From: Nostoc sp.
GTDB lineage: Bacteria > Cyanobacteriota > Cyanobacteriia > Cyanobacteriales > Nostocaceae
Assembly: GCF_036917555.1 (NCBI RefSeq)
Contig: NZ_JBALDD010000092.1
Coordinates: 22,762 to 54,761, forward strand
Direction of reading: 5' to 3'
DNA: 32,000 nucleotides
Position numbers and translations under genes: made by a program
Shown: one piece after another, positions 1 through 9,737 of the stretch
Position numbering within the stretch: position 1 is the stretch's first letter
Layout of the letters: every line of letters begins with the position of its first letter
The notes under the pieces: generated by a model
Databases searched by the model: none
What the model was told of the DNA's origin: nothing
What the model saw: the letters and a program-made list of their open reading frames with translations, nothing else

Positions 1-962
1 CTTTCCTTGACTTTTTTAGGAATATTCACAGGCTTCGGCACATCTTCCCAAGCATCGCCCTCTACGTCGTCATAATCATCGTATTCGTCAACATAAGGCT
101 TGCTGTAGGGCTGGGCTTCATATTTTAGCGGCTGCGGTTGTTGATACCTGTCGCTGCCTGTTGCCTCGCTCCAGTTATCTTCTTCCTCATCTTCTTCGTA
201 TTGAATAGATTCATACTGCCGCGCTTTCATTACCTGACGCTGTGGCCTTTCTTCTTCCACATAGTCTTCAGTCCATTCTTCTTCTTGCGCTACTGGTTCA
301 GGGGCGCGAACTTTTTGCCTGGGTGGCTGCAATGGCACTCCGCTAGGCAGTTGATTGGGTGCTGCAATTGTACGCGGTGGAGTATAGCCGTATTCTTCTT
401 CTATATCTCGCTCCCACGGTGCTTTGCCGATACCCAGGCGCTCTAGTAAACCAACTGTCAACTGATTTACTCGTTCTTCGGCTCCCTCAAACACAATCAA
501 CCGATTGGGGCCAGTGCTGACAATTTCATCCACTGAGAACTCGTAAGTACTCACAAATTGATCGGGAATTTGGGGCAATCCTAAAGAAGCAATGACTATA
601 GATTCAAGCTTCCCAGTTTCGCCGTTGAACTTGAAGCCGCGAACTTTGCCTAATACTTCACCTGTTTCTGTAATTACTTCCCAGTTAATCAAATTACTGA
701 GAGATTCAACTTCGATATCTTCAATGACATCTTCGTTATCAACCAGGATGACATCACCAATCTGGCTGATGTTGTTGAGGTACATATAGCGCGGTATGCC
801 CGAAATGGAGATCAGGCTGTCTCGCAAACCAAGAGCCACAACCTCTCTTTGATCGATATCAACCCAGACTTGACTGATGATGCCTAGCCGCTTGCCGTTG
901 TCGCGGGTAATCACCTGGGTATTTAATATGTCGGAACGCCTAATTATCTGTTCGGAGGTCAT
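1..962 (-). CDS. PRC-barrel domain protein; the C-terminal end runs off the window
   Basis: ATG is the reverse complement of 960-962. My hand translation is open to position 1: MTSEQIIRRSDILNTQVITRDNGKRLGIISQVWVDIDQREVVALGL... A second similar module follows (VITETGEVLGKVRGFKFNGETGKLESIV), then an acidic Pro/Glu-rich tail. It is not in the ORF track because it has no stop inside the window. The plus-strand ORFs 138..446 and 592..789 are antisense noise. Confidence 0.7.
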   Translation of the reverse strand, partial: MTSEQIIRRSDILNTQVITRDNGKRLGIISQVWVDIDQREVVALGLRDSLISISGIPRYMYLNNISQIGDVILVDNEDVIEDIEVESLSNLINWEVITETGEVLGKVRGFKFNGETGKLESIVIASLGLPQIPDQFVSTYEFSVDEIVSTGPNRLIVFEGAEERVNQLTVGLLERLGIGKAPWERDIEEEYGYTPPRTIAAPNQLPSGVPLQPPRQKVRAPEPVAQEEEWTEDYVEEERPQRQVMKARQYESIQYEEDEEEDNWSEATGSDRYQQPQPLKYEAQPYSKPYVDEYDDYDDVEGDAWEDVPKPVNIPKKVKE

Positions 963-1163
963 TCTATACCGAGTCCTGATCTCGAATCCGGTTTAACGCG
1001 ATGTGCAACTTATTCTTGTAACTCCACTTCCAATTCCTCTGTCCCAGTGAACGAGAGGCTTTGATTTTTGCTCTCTTTTCCTGGTAGGGAAGGGGTTGGG
1101 GGTTAGGTTTGAGAGAAAGTCACACATTACGTGGTTTATCTATACACTATTATTAACAAAAAC

Positions 1164-4100
1164 TCAAGCAGATGTATTGGATGATTGTAACTTAATCCCC
1201 AAAACTTGAGTGTAAGCTCCTCGTGCTTGAGTAACGCCAATTGTGCGTTCGGCTGATTCTATCATCGGACGACGCAAACTCACAACTATAAATTGCGCTT
1301 GTTGTGACTGTTGTTTAATCATTCTAGCTAATCGCTCTACGTTTGCTCCATCTAGGAACATATCTACTTCGTCAAAGGCGTAAAATGGCGATGGACGGTA
1401 ACGTTGCAGGGCAAAGATAAAGCTCAAGGCTGTGAGTGATTTTTCTCCCCCAGACATGGAAGCTAGGCGCTGTACTGGTTTACCTTTGGGATGTGCGACT
1501 AAATTCAGTCCGCTGCTAAAGGGATCTTCAGGATTTTCTAGTTGCAAGAAGCCATCGCCGTCTGAAAGAATGGCAAAAATTGATTGAAAGTTTTCGTTGA
1601 CAGCATCGAAAGCTTCTTTAAAGGCAAGTTGCCGCAACGTGGTAAAGTTTTCAATCCGTAAAAGTAGTTCGGTGCGTTCTCCTTCTAGTGTCTCTAATTT
1701 TTGCGTGAGTTCTTGGAGACGGTTTTGAGTGCGTTCGTATTCTTCCAACGCCAGCATATTTACAGGTTCCATTGCCTGTAAGCGTTTGGTAAGCGATCGC
1801 AATTCTTTCTGCAATTCTTCCAAGTCTACCTGATCTGGAACTTCCGGCAACGGATTTGGTAATTCTGCTCCCACATCCCGCAATTGAGTTTCCAATGCAA
1901 TTAGTTCCTCTCGCCGCTTCTCTTGGGTTTCTTGGAGTTTTTGGATTTCCCATTCCAATTGTTGTTGTCGCAAAAGATGCGATCGCACTTCCAGTTCTGT
2001 AGCGTCACGTTTTTGTTTCTCTTCGCCCAAATTCTGCTCCATTTGGCTGAGTTTAGCGCGGGTTTGGGTGATTTGCTCATCTATCGTTGTGATTTGTGTG
2101 CAAACACGATGAATTGCGTCTCTACAAGAGATTTGTTGGGTTTCATATTCTGTGATTCGTGTCTCCCCTTCTTGGATTTTTTCTTGCAAACGTTGTTGCT
2201 GATTTTCTAAATTTTTTAATCTTTGTTCAGCTTCCCTTAATGCCGTCTCCCGTTGTTGTAATTGTTGCTCTTGGATTTTAATGGTTGCCTGGATTTGTTG
2301 CCATTCACTGGGGGTTTGGGAAGCTTCTAACTCTGCTAAAGCGTGTCGCAATTGTTGCAATTCATTTTCTTGTCCAGGTAATTCCCGCTCTAAAATTTCT
2401 AATCGGGATTGAGCAGTGGCTAACTTTTCGCTGTTTTGTGCGAGTTGCGATCGCGTCCCCTCTAATTGCGCTGTTAAACTCTTAATGTCTTTCTGCAATT
2501 GCTCCAATTGCAACTGCTGTTCGCGTCGCGCCTGACGCGCTTCGGTGAGTTCTTGGGTGAGTTTTTTTGTTTTGGTTGACAAAGTAGCGATCGCTTCAGT
2601 ACAACGCTCTAAAATTCGCTCAATGTCCACCAAGCGAGTTTTTAAAGCGATCGCCTCGTCAGATTCCGCCGCTTCCGCATTCCCAAACCGCAAGGAGGAA
2701 CGCTGGGTGTTACTACCACCAGTCATTGCACCGCTGGTTTCCAGAAGTTCCCCGTCTAAGGTGACGATGCGATACAGTCCTAAATTTTTCCGCGCCGCCT
2801 CCAGGTTGGCAAAAACCACTGTGTTGCCGAAAACATAGCTAAATACATCTTTGTAACGGCGATCGCAATCGACTAAGTTAACAGCATAGTTAACGAAGCC
2901 ACTAGCAAAACGCAGTGTTGCATCTTGAGTAAATTTGGGAGCATGAATTTTATTCAGCGGTAAAAAAGTCGCTCTCCCAGCCCGCTTCTGTTTGAGCAAT
3001 TCAATCCCTGTTGCGGCTACACCATCATCTTCCACCACAATATGTCCCAAGCGTCCCCCAGCAGCCATTTCTAAAGCAAGCTGATGGCGAGGTTCTACCT
3101 TTCCTAACTGCACAACTAAGCCACAAAGTCCAGGCATTCCCGATTGTAAAATGACTTTACTGGCTTGGGTTCCTTGGACTTCTTGCTGTGCTTGCGCTTG
3201 CGCCTCTATTTTATCCAACTGACGTTGTTTTTCTCGTTGTTCAGAAAGTAACCGTTTTTGGGTTTCCTGTTGGATTTGCAGTTCTTGTTCTGTGGCTGAG
3301 AGATTTTGGGCTAAATTTTGGATGGGTTCGCTAGAGGTGTTAAATTCCGTTTCAACTCCACTACACTCAGTTTGTTTTTCTGCTAACAACGGTTCATCAC
3401 GTTCAATTAACTGAGTTTGCTCTTGAATAAGCTGCTGTAACTGATTATTGCGTTCCCTGAGTTGTGCTTGTTCCGTGCGTTGAGGTTCTAGAGTCTGTAG
3501 TAAAGCTTCAATTTGACGGTTGAATGCTGTTTGTTGCTGCACCCACGCTTCTGAAGCCGAGGCGATTTCTGCTGCTGCTTCGCGGGAAGTTTCTAAAGCT
3601 TGCTGTGTTTCATCCCTTTGTTGCTGACAATAGACAATAGATTGCCCCTCTACAACCTGTGTTTTGGCAATTTCTTCTAAAGAATGACGGTGTTTTTGAA
3701 TCTCTTGCTGAGTTTGAGCTAGACGTTTGGCAGTTTCCTGCGTTGCTGTTTGTAATTCCGTTAGCTGACGCTGGAGTTGTTTACGTTCTGCTTCTTGGGT
3801 GGCGAGGGTAGATTGTACCGCCAAAAGTTCCTCTTCTCCCAATGCTTTCACGTGGGCATTGAGTTGTTCAAGTTCAGCAGTTTTTTGGACGATTTGGGAA
3901 TTTAGGTTTGTGAGTTGGGTAGTGAGTTCACTAAAATTGCGATCGCCTGTTTGAATTTCGTGAACTAACTTTTCTTGTTGTGCTTGCAAGGATCGCCATG
4001 ATAAAACAGCTTCCCAAGATTGTTTAGCCAGAAATTCCGTGCGGAGTTTTTGATATTTCTCAGCTTTAGCCCGATCTTGGGAAAGGCGATCGCGCTGTGC

Positions 4101-4898
4101 AGTTAATTCTGTCTCAATAATCCGACAGCTATCTTCCTTTTCCTTCACCTCATCTAAAGTTGATTTGGCTTGGATAATTTTACGATCAAACGCTGCCACC
4201 CCTGCTAATTCATCAATAATTTCCCGTCGTTCCCGCGCATTCATCGAGATAATGCTGGTGACATCCCCTTGCAGTACCACATTGTAGCCTTCAGGATAAA
4301 CCCGGAGGTTACTTAGTTCTCCATGCAACTCTGTCAACGTGCAAGGTACACCATTAATATAGTAATTCGATGTGTAAGTCCCTTGGTGAGTGACTCGTAG
4401 CCTTCTAGTAACACTCCACTCTCCCGATTTTGGACTTCGGCTTCGCTCAGTCGAACGATTTTGGACTTCGGCTTCGCTCAGTCGAACGATTTTGGATTTT
4501 GGATTTTCTTCCCCTACCTCCCCTGCTTCCCCTGCTTCCCCTACCTCCTCTACTTCCTCTACTTCCTCTACTTCCTCTACTTCCTCTACTTCCTCCCTTT
4601 GTGCCTTTGTATCTTTGTGTAAGATTTCATCCGACAAATCAAATGTCACCGTGACGCTAGCCTCAATCGAAGCACGTCCTTTAGCCGTTTGAGTGTTATT
4701 TACCAAATCCGGTAAGCGTTCGGCTCGCATTCCCTTAGAACTGGAGAGTCCCAGGCAAAAGAGCAGTGCATCTAAGATATTAGACTTACCCGAACCATTT
4801 GGCCCAGATATGACAGTACACCCCGGTAGCAAAGGGACAGAAGTACTGCCACCGAAGGATTTGAAGTTCGTAAGTTCCACGCGCTTGATGTGCACCAT
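1164..4898 (-). CDS. smc: chromosome segregation ATPase SMC
   Basis: 1244 aa. Walker A GPNGSGKSN at the N-terminus, long Q/E/L-rich coiled coils and a central hinge (GLCGLVVQLGKVEPRHQLALEMAAGGRL). C-terminal ABC signature LSGGEKSLTALSFIFAL and Walker B FYAFDEVDMFLD. Confidence 0.97.
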   Translation of the reverse strand: MVHIKRVELTNFKSFGGSTSVPLLPGCTVISGPNGSGKSNILDALLFCLGLSSSKGMRAERLPDLVNNTQTAKGRASIEASVTVTFDLSDEILHKDTKAQREEVEEVEEVEEVEEVEEVGEAGEAGEVGEENPKSKIVRLSEAEVQNRSTERSRSPKSGEWSVTRRLRVTHQGTYTSNYYINGVPCTLTELHGELSNLRVYPEGYNVVLQGDVTSIISMNARERREIIDELAGVAAFDRKIIQAKSTLDEVKEKEDSCRIIETELTAQRDRLSQDRAKAEKYQKLRTEFLAKQSWEAVLSWRSLQAQQEKLVHEIQTGDRNFSELTTQLTNLNSQIVQKTAELEQLNAHVKALGEEELLAVQSTLATQEAERKQLQRQLTELQTATQETAKRLAQTQQEIQKHRHSLEEIAKTQVVEGQSIVYCQQQRDETQQALETSREAAAEIASASEAWVQQQTAFNRQIEALLQTLEPQRTEQAQLRERNNQLQQLIQEQTQLIERDEPLLAEKQTECSGVETEFNTSSEPIQNLAQNLSATEQELQIQQETQKRLLSEQREKQRQLDKIEAQAQAQQEVQGTQASKVILQSGMPGLCGLVVQLGKVEPRHQLALEMAAGGRLGHIVVEDDGVAATGIELLKQKRAGRATFLPLNKIHAPKFTQDATLRFASGFVNYAVNLVDCDRRYKDVFSYVFGNTVVFANLEAARKNLGLYRIVTLDGELLETSGAMTGGSNTQRSSLRFGNAEAAESDEAIALKTRLVDIERILERCTEAIATLSTKTKKLTQELTEARQARREQQLQLEQLQKDIKSLTAQLEGTRSQLAQNSEKLATAQSRLEILERELPGQENELQQLRHALAELEASQTPSEWQQIQATIKIQEQQLQQRETALREAEQRLKNLENQQQRLQEKIQEGETRITEYETQQISCRDAIHRVCTQITTIDEQITQTRAKLSQMEQNLGEEKQKRDATELEVRSHLLRQQQLEWEIQKLQETQEKRREELIALETQLRDVGAELPNPLPEVPDQVDLEELQKELRSLTKRLQAMEPVNMLALEEYERTQNRLQELTQKLETLEGERTELLLRIENFTTLRQLAFKEAFDAVNENFQSIFAILSDGDGFLQLENPEDPFSSGLNLVAHPKGKPVQRLASMSGGEKSLTALSFIFALQRYRPSPFYAFDEVDMFLDGANVERLARMIKQQSQQAQFIVVSLRRPMIESAERTIGVTQARGAYTQVLGIKLQSSNTSA
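1793..1800. repeat. HIP1 (GCGATCGC), one representative of many copies
   Basis: Exact octamers inside smc at 1793, 1979, 2447, 2587, 2647, 2859, 3939 and 4086. More copies occur in most other genes of the window. This is the hallmark of cyanobacterial chromosomes. Confidence 0.9.
4426..4597. repeat. composite tandem-repeat block inside the smc head-domain coding region
   Basis: 31-bp unit gattttggacttcggcttcgctcagtcgaac at 4426-4456 and 4457-4487. Then attttgg heptamers (4488-4502), ccctgcttc-type 9-mers, and about six ctacttcct 9-mers (4541-4597). The block is translated as (EEV)n GEAGEAGEVGEENPKSKIVRLSEAEVQNRSTERSRSPKS. Confidence 0.9.
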
Positions 4899-5057
4899 AG
4901 GCGCTGGTTCCCTGGGCTAATGAAGAACAAGTGTATCAACTAATTAAGAATTCGCAAGAGGGTAAGGGGTAGAAATGGAAATTATAGTAGATGCGTTGCG
5001 GTGAGCCTGCGAGCTTCACCCAAAAGGCTTACCACAGGTGATCGCTCAGTGTACAGC

Positions 5058-5095
5058 GAAAATTTTGATGTCGCAAACTGACCATCAAAATTTTC
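5058..5095. repeat. perfect 13-bp inverted repeat in the smc/ccaA divergent spacer
   Basis: gaaaattttgatg (5058-5070), a 12-nt spacer, then catcaaaattttc (5083-5095). Confidence 0.6.
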
Positions 5096-5556
5096 CCAGG
5101 CAGATAATATTATGTCCGCCTAATTACTTATAATTCAAAAATCTCTGCGTTTGTGTATCTTTGAGTCAACCCTGATTACAAGTATTCAACTGGACACAAT
5201 CTCCAGATAGTTTAAGTGTGAAGGGAAATCAGTTGGTATAGTTTGACTCATCTGTTCTGTATCTGTAATCCTCAGTTGATCGTCACAACAAAGCGATCGC
5301 ATTTCTATCTCAGGATATAACGAGTTTGAAAACAGGCTCTAGGCGTTTTCACACAGTAATGTCACCTACCAAAGAACAGAGGAAAGCAAGGGAAAAACCA
5401 ACTCAACCAAATGGCAGAGGATATTAAAAGCACCAAATTAATTTATAATATAGTAATCTTTACAATTCTCAAAACGTAGAAATAAATCCCTCTCTACTAC
5501 ATCAATCAGCTCTCTGTGATTTGGTTTTTAACCCGCAAAAATTGTATAACTTAGTA

Positions 5557-6378
5557 ATGAAAAAATTAATTACAGGTCTGCGCGAATTCAAATCTAGCTA
5601 TTTTTCAACACATCAAAAATTGTTTGAGCAACTTTCACATGGTCAAAAGCCCAGAGTATTATTTATTACCTGTTCTGATTCGCGTCTCGATCCAAATCTA
5701 ATTACACAAGCTCAAGTTGGTGAATTATTTGTCATTCGCAATGCAGGCAACATCATCCCACCGTATGGGGCAAGTAATGGCGGTGAAGGTGCGACAATTG
5801 AATATGCTGTTCAAGCTTTAGATGTCCGCCAAATTATTATTTGTGGTCATTCTCATTGCGGTGCAATGAAAGGATTAATGAAGTTACACAATCTCAGCGA
5901 TGAAATGCCGCTTGTACATGATTGGCTTAAATATGCAGAAGCAACTCGAAGGCTAGTTATAGACCACTACAGTGACTACGACGGAGAAGAGCTGCTAGAG
6001 ATTATGATTGCCGAAAATGTTCTTACTCAAATTGAGAATTTGCGGACATATCCAGTGATTCACTCTAAGCTCTATCGGGGAGAACTCAGCATTTATGCTT
6101 GGATTTATCACATTGAAACAGGAGAAGTTTTCGCATACGATCCCCAGAAGCACGCTTATGTTTTGCCTCAAACTCAGCTTCCAGAATCAGAAATAGATGA
6201 TTCGTTCAGGGGTCAAGTTTCAAATACCAATGTAGTAGTGCGTTCCCCTCAAAACCAGCAGGATGATGTTCAACCTTATGAGAAAGTGTCTATTTCTGAA
6301 TTTGAGTGGTTTCCAATGAAACGCCTTTCTCCAGAGCAGATGGAGCGAATTTATCGAGGTTCAAACAATGGAAGTTGA
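5557..6378 (+). CDS. ccaA: beta-class carbonic anhydrase with a C-terminal extension (carboxysomal CcaA/IcfA-like)
   Basis: Zinc-ligand motifs CSDSR and HSHCGAMKG. From memory, near-colinear similarity to Synechocystis CcaA (LFEQLSHGQ.P..LFI.CSDSR.DPNLITQ..VG.LFVIRNAGNIIPPYG). I prefer the ATG at 5557 (MKKLITGL...) over the TTG at 5521 used by the ORF track. Confidence 0.88.
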   Translation: MKKLITGLREFKSSYFSTHQKLFEQLSHGQKPRVLFITCSDSRLDPNLITQAQVGELFVIRNAGNIIPPYGASNGGEGATIEYAVQALDVRQIIICGHSHCGAMKGLMKLHNLSDEMPLVHDWLKYAEATRRLVIDHYSDYDGEELLEIMIAENVLTQIENLRTYPVIHSKLYRGELSIYAWIYHIETGEVFAYDPQKHAYVLPQTQLPESEIDDSFRGQVSNTNVVVRSPQNQQDDVQPYEKVSISEFEWFPMKRLSPEQMERIYRGSNNGS

Positions 6379-6471
6379 AAGATGAAAATATAGGATTTCA
6401 AACATCCTCTTAGAGAGTTGGGGGTAGGGTTTTTGTACCTTACAGCTATTTTCAAGTAAATAGACCATGTG

Positions 6472-6500
6472 GTAGGGGCACAGCATTGCTGTGCCCTTAC
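6472..6500. repeat. GC-rich hairpin repeat (gggcacagca t tgctgtgccc)
   Basis: 10-bp perfect stem at 6476-6485 and 6487-6496, extended by gtag/ttac. It resembles the dispersed intergenic hairpin family common in Nostoc genomes (from memory). Confidence 0.55.
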
Positions 6501-6616
6501 GACAGATGTGGTTCAAATACATGAAAATTGCTGTATTCAACCGAGAACCACTATATAAAGTTACTCAAGTGGTATCAACTACCTATTCCTTAGTTTTATT
6601 TAAGTAAGTAAAAAAC

Positions 6617-6642
6617 AGAGACTTACATCTGTGTAAGTCTCT
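6617..6642 (-). terminator. intrinsic terminator of the BON lipoprotein gene
   Basis: 11-bp stem agagacttaca / tgtaagtctct with a 4-nt loop. On the minus strand it is followed by gtttttt and lies 46 nt after the stop at 6688. Confidence 0.7.
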
Positions 6643-6687
6643 ATTTGGCTTTCATACCGATGTTAACTGAAAGCTTCAGTTATTCTT

Positions 6688-7146
6688 TTATGGCTTTTTT
6701 ACAGTATCAACTTTTGCTTCTACCTTCACCGTCTTCACACCTTGAACTTCTTTAGCCAAGGTTTCAGCTTTCTTGAGTTCTTCAACAGAAGTGGCTGTAC
6801 CTTTGAGAATAATTTCACCCTGTTTGTTTTCAACTTGTAACTTGTTGCCTGGTAAGCCTTTATTCAACTTGGCGCTAACTTCAGTTTTTAAGTCGCTCTT
6901 AGCTTTTGTTGCTGCCGTTTTTTCAGAATCAGTTTTAACTTTAGTACCTGTACTAGCTGCTAAAGGAGTCGTTCGTGTTTCTGGAACTTTGGCAGTTTGA
7001 TTTGTCTCTGAAGCTGGTTTTGCTGGTGCTTGAGCGGCTTCATTAGTTGTGTTAGGAGTTTCGGAACCAGTTTTAGGAGCCTCTTGGCAGCCAAAAGTAC
7101 CAACTACCAAAATGCTACTAACTACTAATAAAATTAGTTTTTTCAT
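6688..7146 (-). CDS. BON-domain lipoprotein
   Basis: Signal peptide plus lipobox (MKKLILLVVSSILVVGTFGC). A low-complexity T/A/K/P linker follows. C-terminal BON-like module LQVENKQGEIILKGTATSVEELKKAETLAKEVQGVKTVKVEAKV. Confidence 0.8.
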   Translation of the reverse strand: MKKLILLVVSSILVVGTFGCQEAPKTGSETPNTTNEAAQAPAKPASETNQTAKVPETRTTPLAASTGTKVKTDSEKTAATKAKSDLKTEVSAKLNKGLPGNKLQVENKQGEIILKGTATSVEELKKAETLAKEVQGVKTVKVEAKVDTVKKP

Positions 7147-7614
7147 TATTTATCTCCGAATTGAGTACTTGAAGCGGTTAATTGAGGTGTGTGATAGTGA
7201 GGAGCAAATTAAAAAAACAATTAAAAGTGAAGTAACAAAAGTGCTTAAGCAATAGCTCAGGTTACTGAAAATTGAAATTTGGACGATTTTTTGAAGCTAA
7301 GATTTTGCGCTCAGTTTTGAGAAATTCCAATTCAATTTTTCTGACGGCTGCTAACCAGGATGGCTTTACACACAGTCTGTGGCTCTTTATAAATTTAACG
7401 TAGATGCTGACTGAGTAACTCTTTCGATGGTAGACTATGCCACTCCACAGTAGTGACTCGATGTTATCAGATTTGAGTCAATTTGGCGATATCTATGACG
7501 AATTTCAAACTTCAGTGTTTTTGCAATCCTCTGCCAGCAAACTCACCAACAAAATGTTACTTTATAAAACTATGGCTTACTTACAATGCCTTAAATATCA
7601 GGAAATATTAACCA

Positions 7615-8535
7615 ATGCCCTACCTTACTTCGGCTAGCGAAATTCGTGCCATTGTCGCTGAATATACAAACGCTAAAACACTATGGATAGATACAGAAGT
7701 TGCTGACTATAAAAGTCGTAATCCCCGGTTATCGGTGATTCAGGTATTAGATAATCCTCAAGATATGAGTGGCGATCGCGTCTATCTTTTAGATGTCTTA
7801 GATCAGCCTACTATTATAGCTGAATTTATTGATAAAATTATGATCAATTCTGCAATTGAAAAAGTTTTTCACAACGCCAGTTACGATCTAAAATTTCTCG
7901 GTAGCAAGAAAGCCAAAAATATTACTTGCACTTTGGAAATGGCCAAAAAAATTCCCTACTATCTTTTGCCATTACCCAACTACCAACTCAAGACAATAGC
8001 TACAGCACTTTGTAGCTTTAATAATATCGATAAACAAGAACAAAAAAGTGATTGGGGGAAACGCCCTCTGACTGAAGAACAGATAGAGTATGCTTACCTA
8101 GACTGCATTTATCTTGCTCAAATTCACCTAAACTTGTTAGACTTACAAGCCCAAGCCAGCCCCGAACCTGCAACGGAAGACTTAATATCACTAAGTACTA
8201 GATACTCGCAAGTTGAGCAGCAATGGAAGTTGTTGAATTCAGAATTTGAGCATTTGCAAGAACGTATAAAAAAAGCTATGCAGGCTCAGAATATATCAGA
8301 AACTTATGATTATAAGCTGACTAGTTATGAACGGACTACAATCAAAGCTGCATTTACAGAATTGGCAAAGCTAGCACAAACTCAAGGTATTAATTTAGAT
8401 TTTCCAATCACACTCACTCAGAAACTCCAAAAAGATTTAGGGCAAAATCTGGAACAATTGTCTGTAGATATTGACAAAAATACCTCTTGGCGGCTAATTC
8501 CCAAAACTCAAGAGAGTGAAGCTGAGGATGAGTAA
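7615..8535 (+). CDS. 3'-5' exonuclease, RNase D-like (DEDDy), with a C-terminal coiled-coil extension
   Basis: ExoI WIDTEVAD, ExoII HNASYDLKFL, ExoIII YAYLDCIYL. Confidence 0.85.
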   Translation: MPYLTSASEIRAIVAEYTNAKTLWIDTEVADYKSRNPRLSVIQVLDNPQDMSGDRVYLLDVLDQPTIIAEFIDKIMINSAIEKVFHNASYDLKFLGSKKAKNITCTLEMAKKIPYYLLPLPNYQLKTIATALCSFNNIDKQEQKSDWGKRPLTEEQIEYAYLDCIYLAQIHLNLLDLQAQASPEPATEDLISLSTRYSQVEQQWKLLNSEFEHLQERIKKAMQAQNISETYDYKLTSYERTTIKAAFTELAKLAQTQGINLDFPITLTQKLQKDLGQNLEQLSVDIDKNTSWRLIPKTQESEAEDE

Positions 8536-8768
8536 ATTGTTTATCAGGCTACAAATGTCAGAATTTATAGAGTTATTGTGAAGAATAAATATTGAAACTT
8601 AATAATTCTTTCCTCCTATCTTCTCTGATAAATATATAAAATATTAGGGAACTTTGTCAATTAACTTGAAACGTCTATCAAAAGTTAGAATAATTATTGA
8701 GTTAAAGAATTAAAATCTAGATTTTGGTACTAATTATGTTCAGGTGTTATGGCAGTTTATATTAACTT

Positions 8769-9611
8769 ATGAGATGGCGTTTATTTAGGCAAAAGCGAAT
8801 AAGGGTAAATACTTTATTTACCATAGCTATTTTTACTACATTGACTGCAATTAGCAGTGTTTCTTGTAGTAAGAATGACAATGTATTGGTAACAGAAATA
8901 GGAGTTAGTCAACCTAGCCGTCGTTCAGCTACAACTTCCATTGGTGGGGAATTTTATCTTCAAGGAAAGAATCAACATTTAAACGGCGACTTGCAAGCTG
9001 CGATCGCTTCTTATAGTAAGGCAATTAGTCAAAATTCTCAGTATGGGGCTGCCTACAATGCGCGAGGATTAGCCTACTTTGATTTGGGAGACAAGGAAAA
9101 AGCGATCGCAGATTACAATCAAGCACTCCGCATCAACTCTAACGACGCTGAAGCCTACAATAACTTGGGAAATGCTCGCGCCTCACTGGGAAACAACAGA
9201 GAAGCAATTAAAGATTACAGTGAAGCGATTCGCCTGAATCCCAACTATGCCGAAGCCTACAATAACCGGGGAAATGCCCGCGCTACCAATGGAGACAAAA
9301 AAGGGGCAATAGACGATCTCGATCAAGCGATTCTCCTTAACCCCAAATATGCGATCGCTTATAATAACCGAGGAAATGCCCGTGCTGCCAATGGAGATCC
9401 CCAGGGTGCGATCGCAGATTACAATCAAGCCATTCGCTTCAATCCTAACTTTGCCCCTGCCTACAATAACCGGGGAAACGCCCGCGCCACCAATGGAGAC
9501 AAACAGGGGGCACTCAAGGACTTACAACAAGCAGCAAGCATTCTTCAAAGTCAAGGTAACAACGACTTATACCAACAAGTGATGAATAACATTAAAGAAC
9601 TTGGACAGTAG
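8769..9611 (+). CDS. TPR-repeat lipoprotein
   Basis: N-terminal signal with Cys (TAISSVSCSKN), then about six 34-aa TPR units of the AYNNRGNARA..GD..GAI.DYNQAIR.NPN type. Confidence 0.85.
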   Translation: MRWRLFRQKRIRVNTLFTIAIFTTLTAISSVSCSKNDNVLVTEIGVSQPSRRSATTSIGGEFYLQGKNQHLNGDLQAAIASYSKAISQNSQYGAAYNARGLAYFDLGDKEKAIADYNQALRINSNDAEAYNNLGNARASLGNNREAIKDYSEAIRLNPNYAEAYNNRGNARATNGDKKGAIDDLDQAILLNPKYAIAYNNRGNARAANGDPQGAIADYNQAIRFNPNFAPAYNNRGNARATNGDKQGALKDLQQAASILQSQGNNDLYQQVMNNIKELGQ

Positions 9612-9737
9612 CAGAGGGGCAGGGAGCAGGGGAGCAGGGGAGCCAAGGGGGACAAGGGTGAATTATTGAACAAGTTTCTTCCTTATCTCCCCCCTCTTCC
9701 TTGTCTACTGCCCAATGACAAATGACAAATGACAAAA
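9612..9737. repeat. hairpin-type repeat element: G-rich octamer run, spacer, complementary C/T-rich run, then aatgaca heptamers
   Basis: gcagggga-type octamers ending gggggacaagggtg (9612-9660). Spacer aattattgaacaagtttctt. Inverted C/T-rich arm 9681-9713. aatgaca x3 at 9714-9737. Homologous to the element inside lysC at 27073-27170. Confidence 0.8.

Noticed and set aside
4390-4692. Plus-strand ORFs 4390..4692 and 4430..4654 (Ser/Thr/Pro/Leu-rich).
   Set aside because: They are antisense translations of the repeat block inside smc and are open only because of the repeat periodicity.
5114-5127. An NtcA-like site, GTC-N8-TAC, upstream of ccaA.
   Set aside because: The only -10-like hexamer (tataat) starts 2 nt after the site rather than about 22 nt downstream. 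The site is also more than 400 bp from the ccaA start, so the geometry is wrong for an NtcA-activated promoter.
5521-5556. The TTG start for the carbonic anhydrase used by the ORF track.
   Set aside because: Homologous CcaA proteins start at the equivalent of MKKLITGL, and the ATG at 5557 fits this.
6500-6530. A T-loop-like GGTTCAAAT. A similar tcgaatcc lies at about 982-989. I checked both as possible tRNA fragments.
   Set aside because: Neither can be extended to an acceptor, D or anticodon arm. The 6500 region belongs to a dispersed repeat next to the gggcacagca hairpin.
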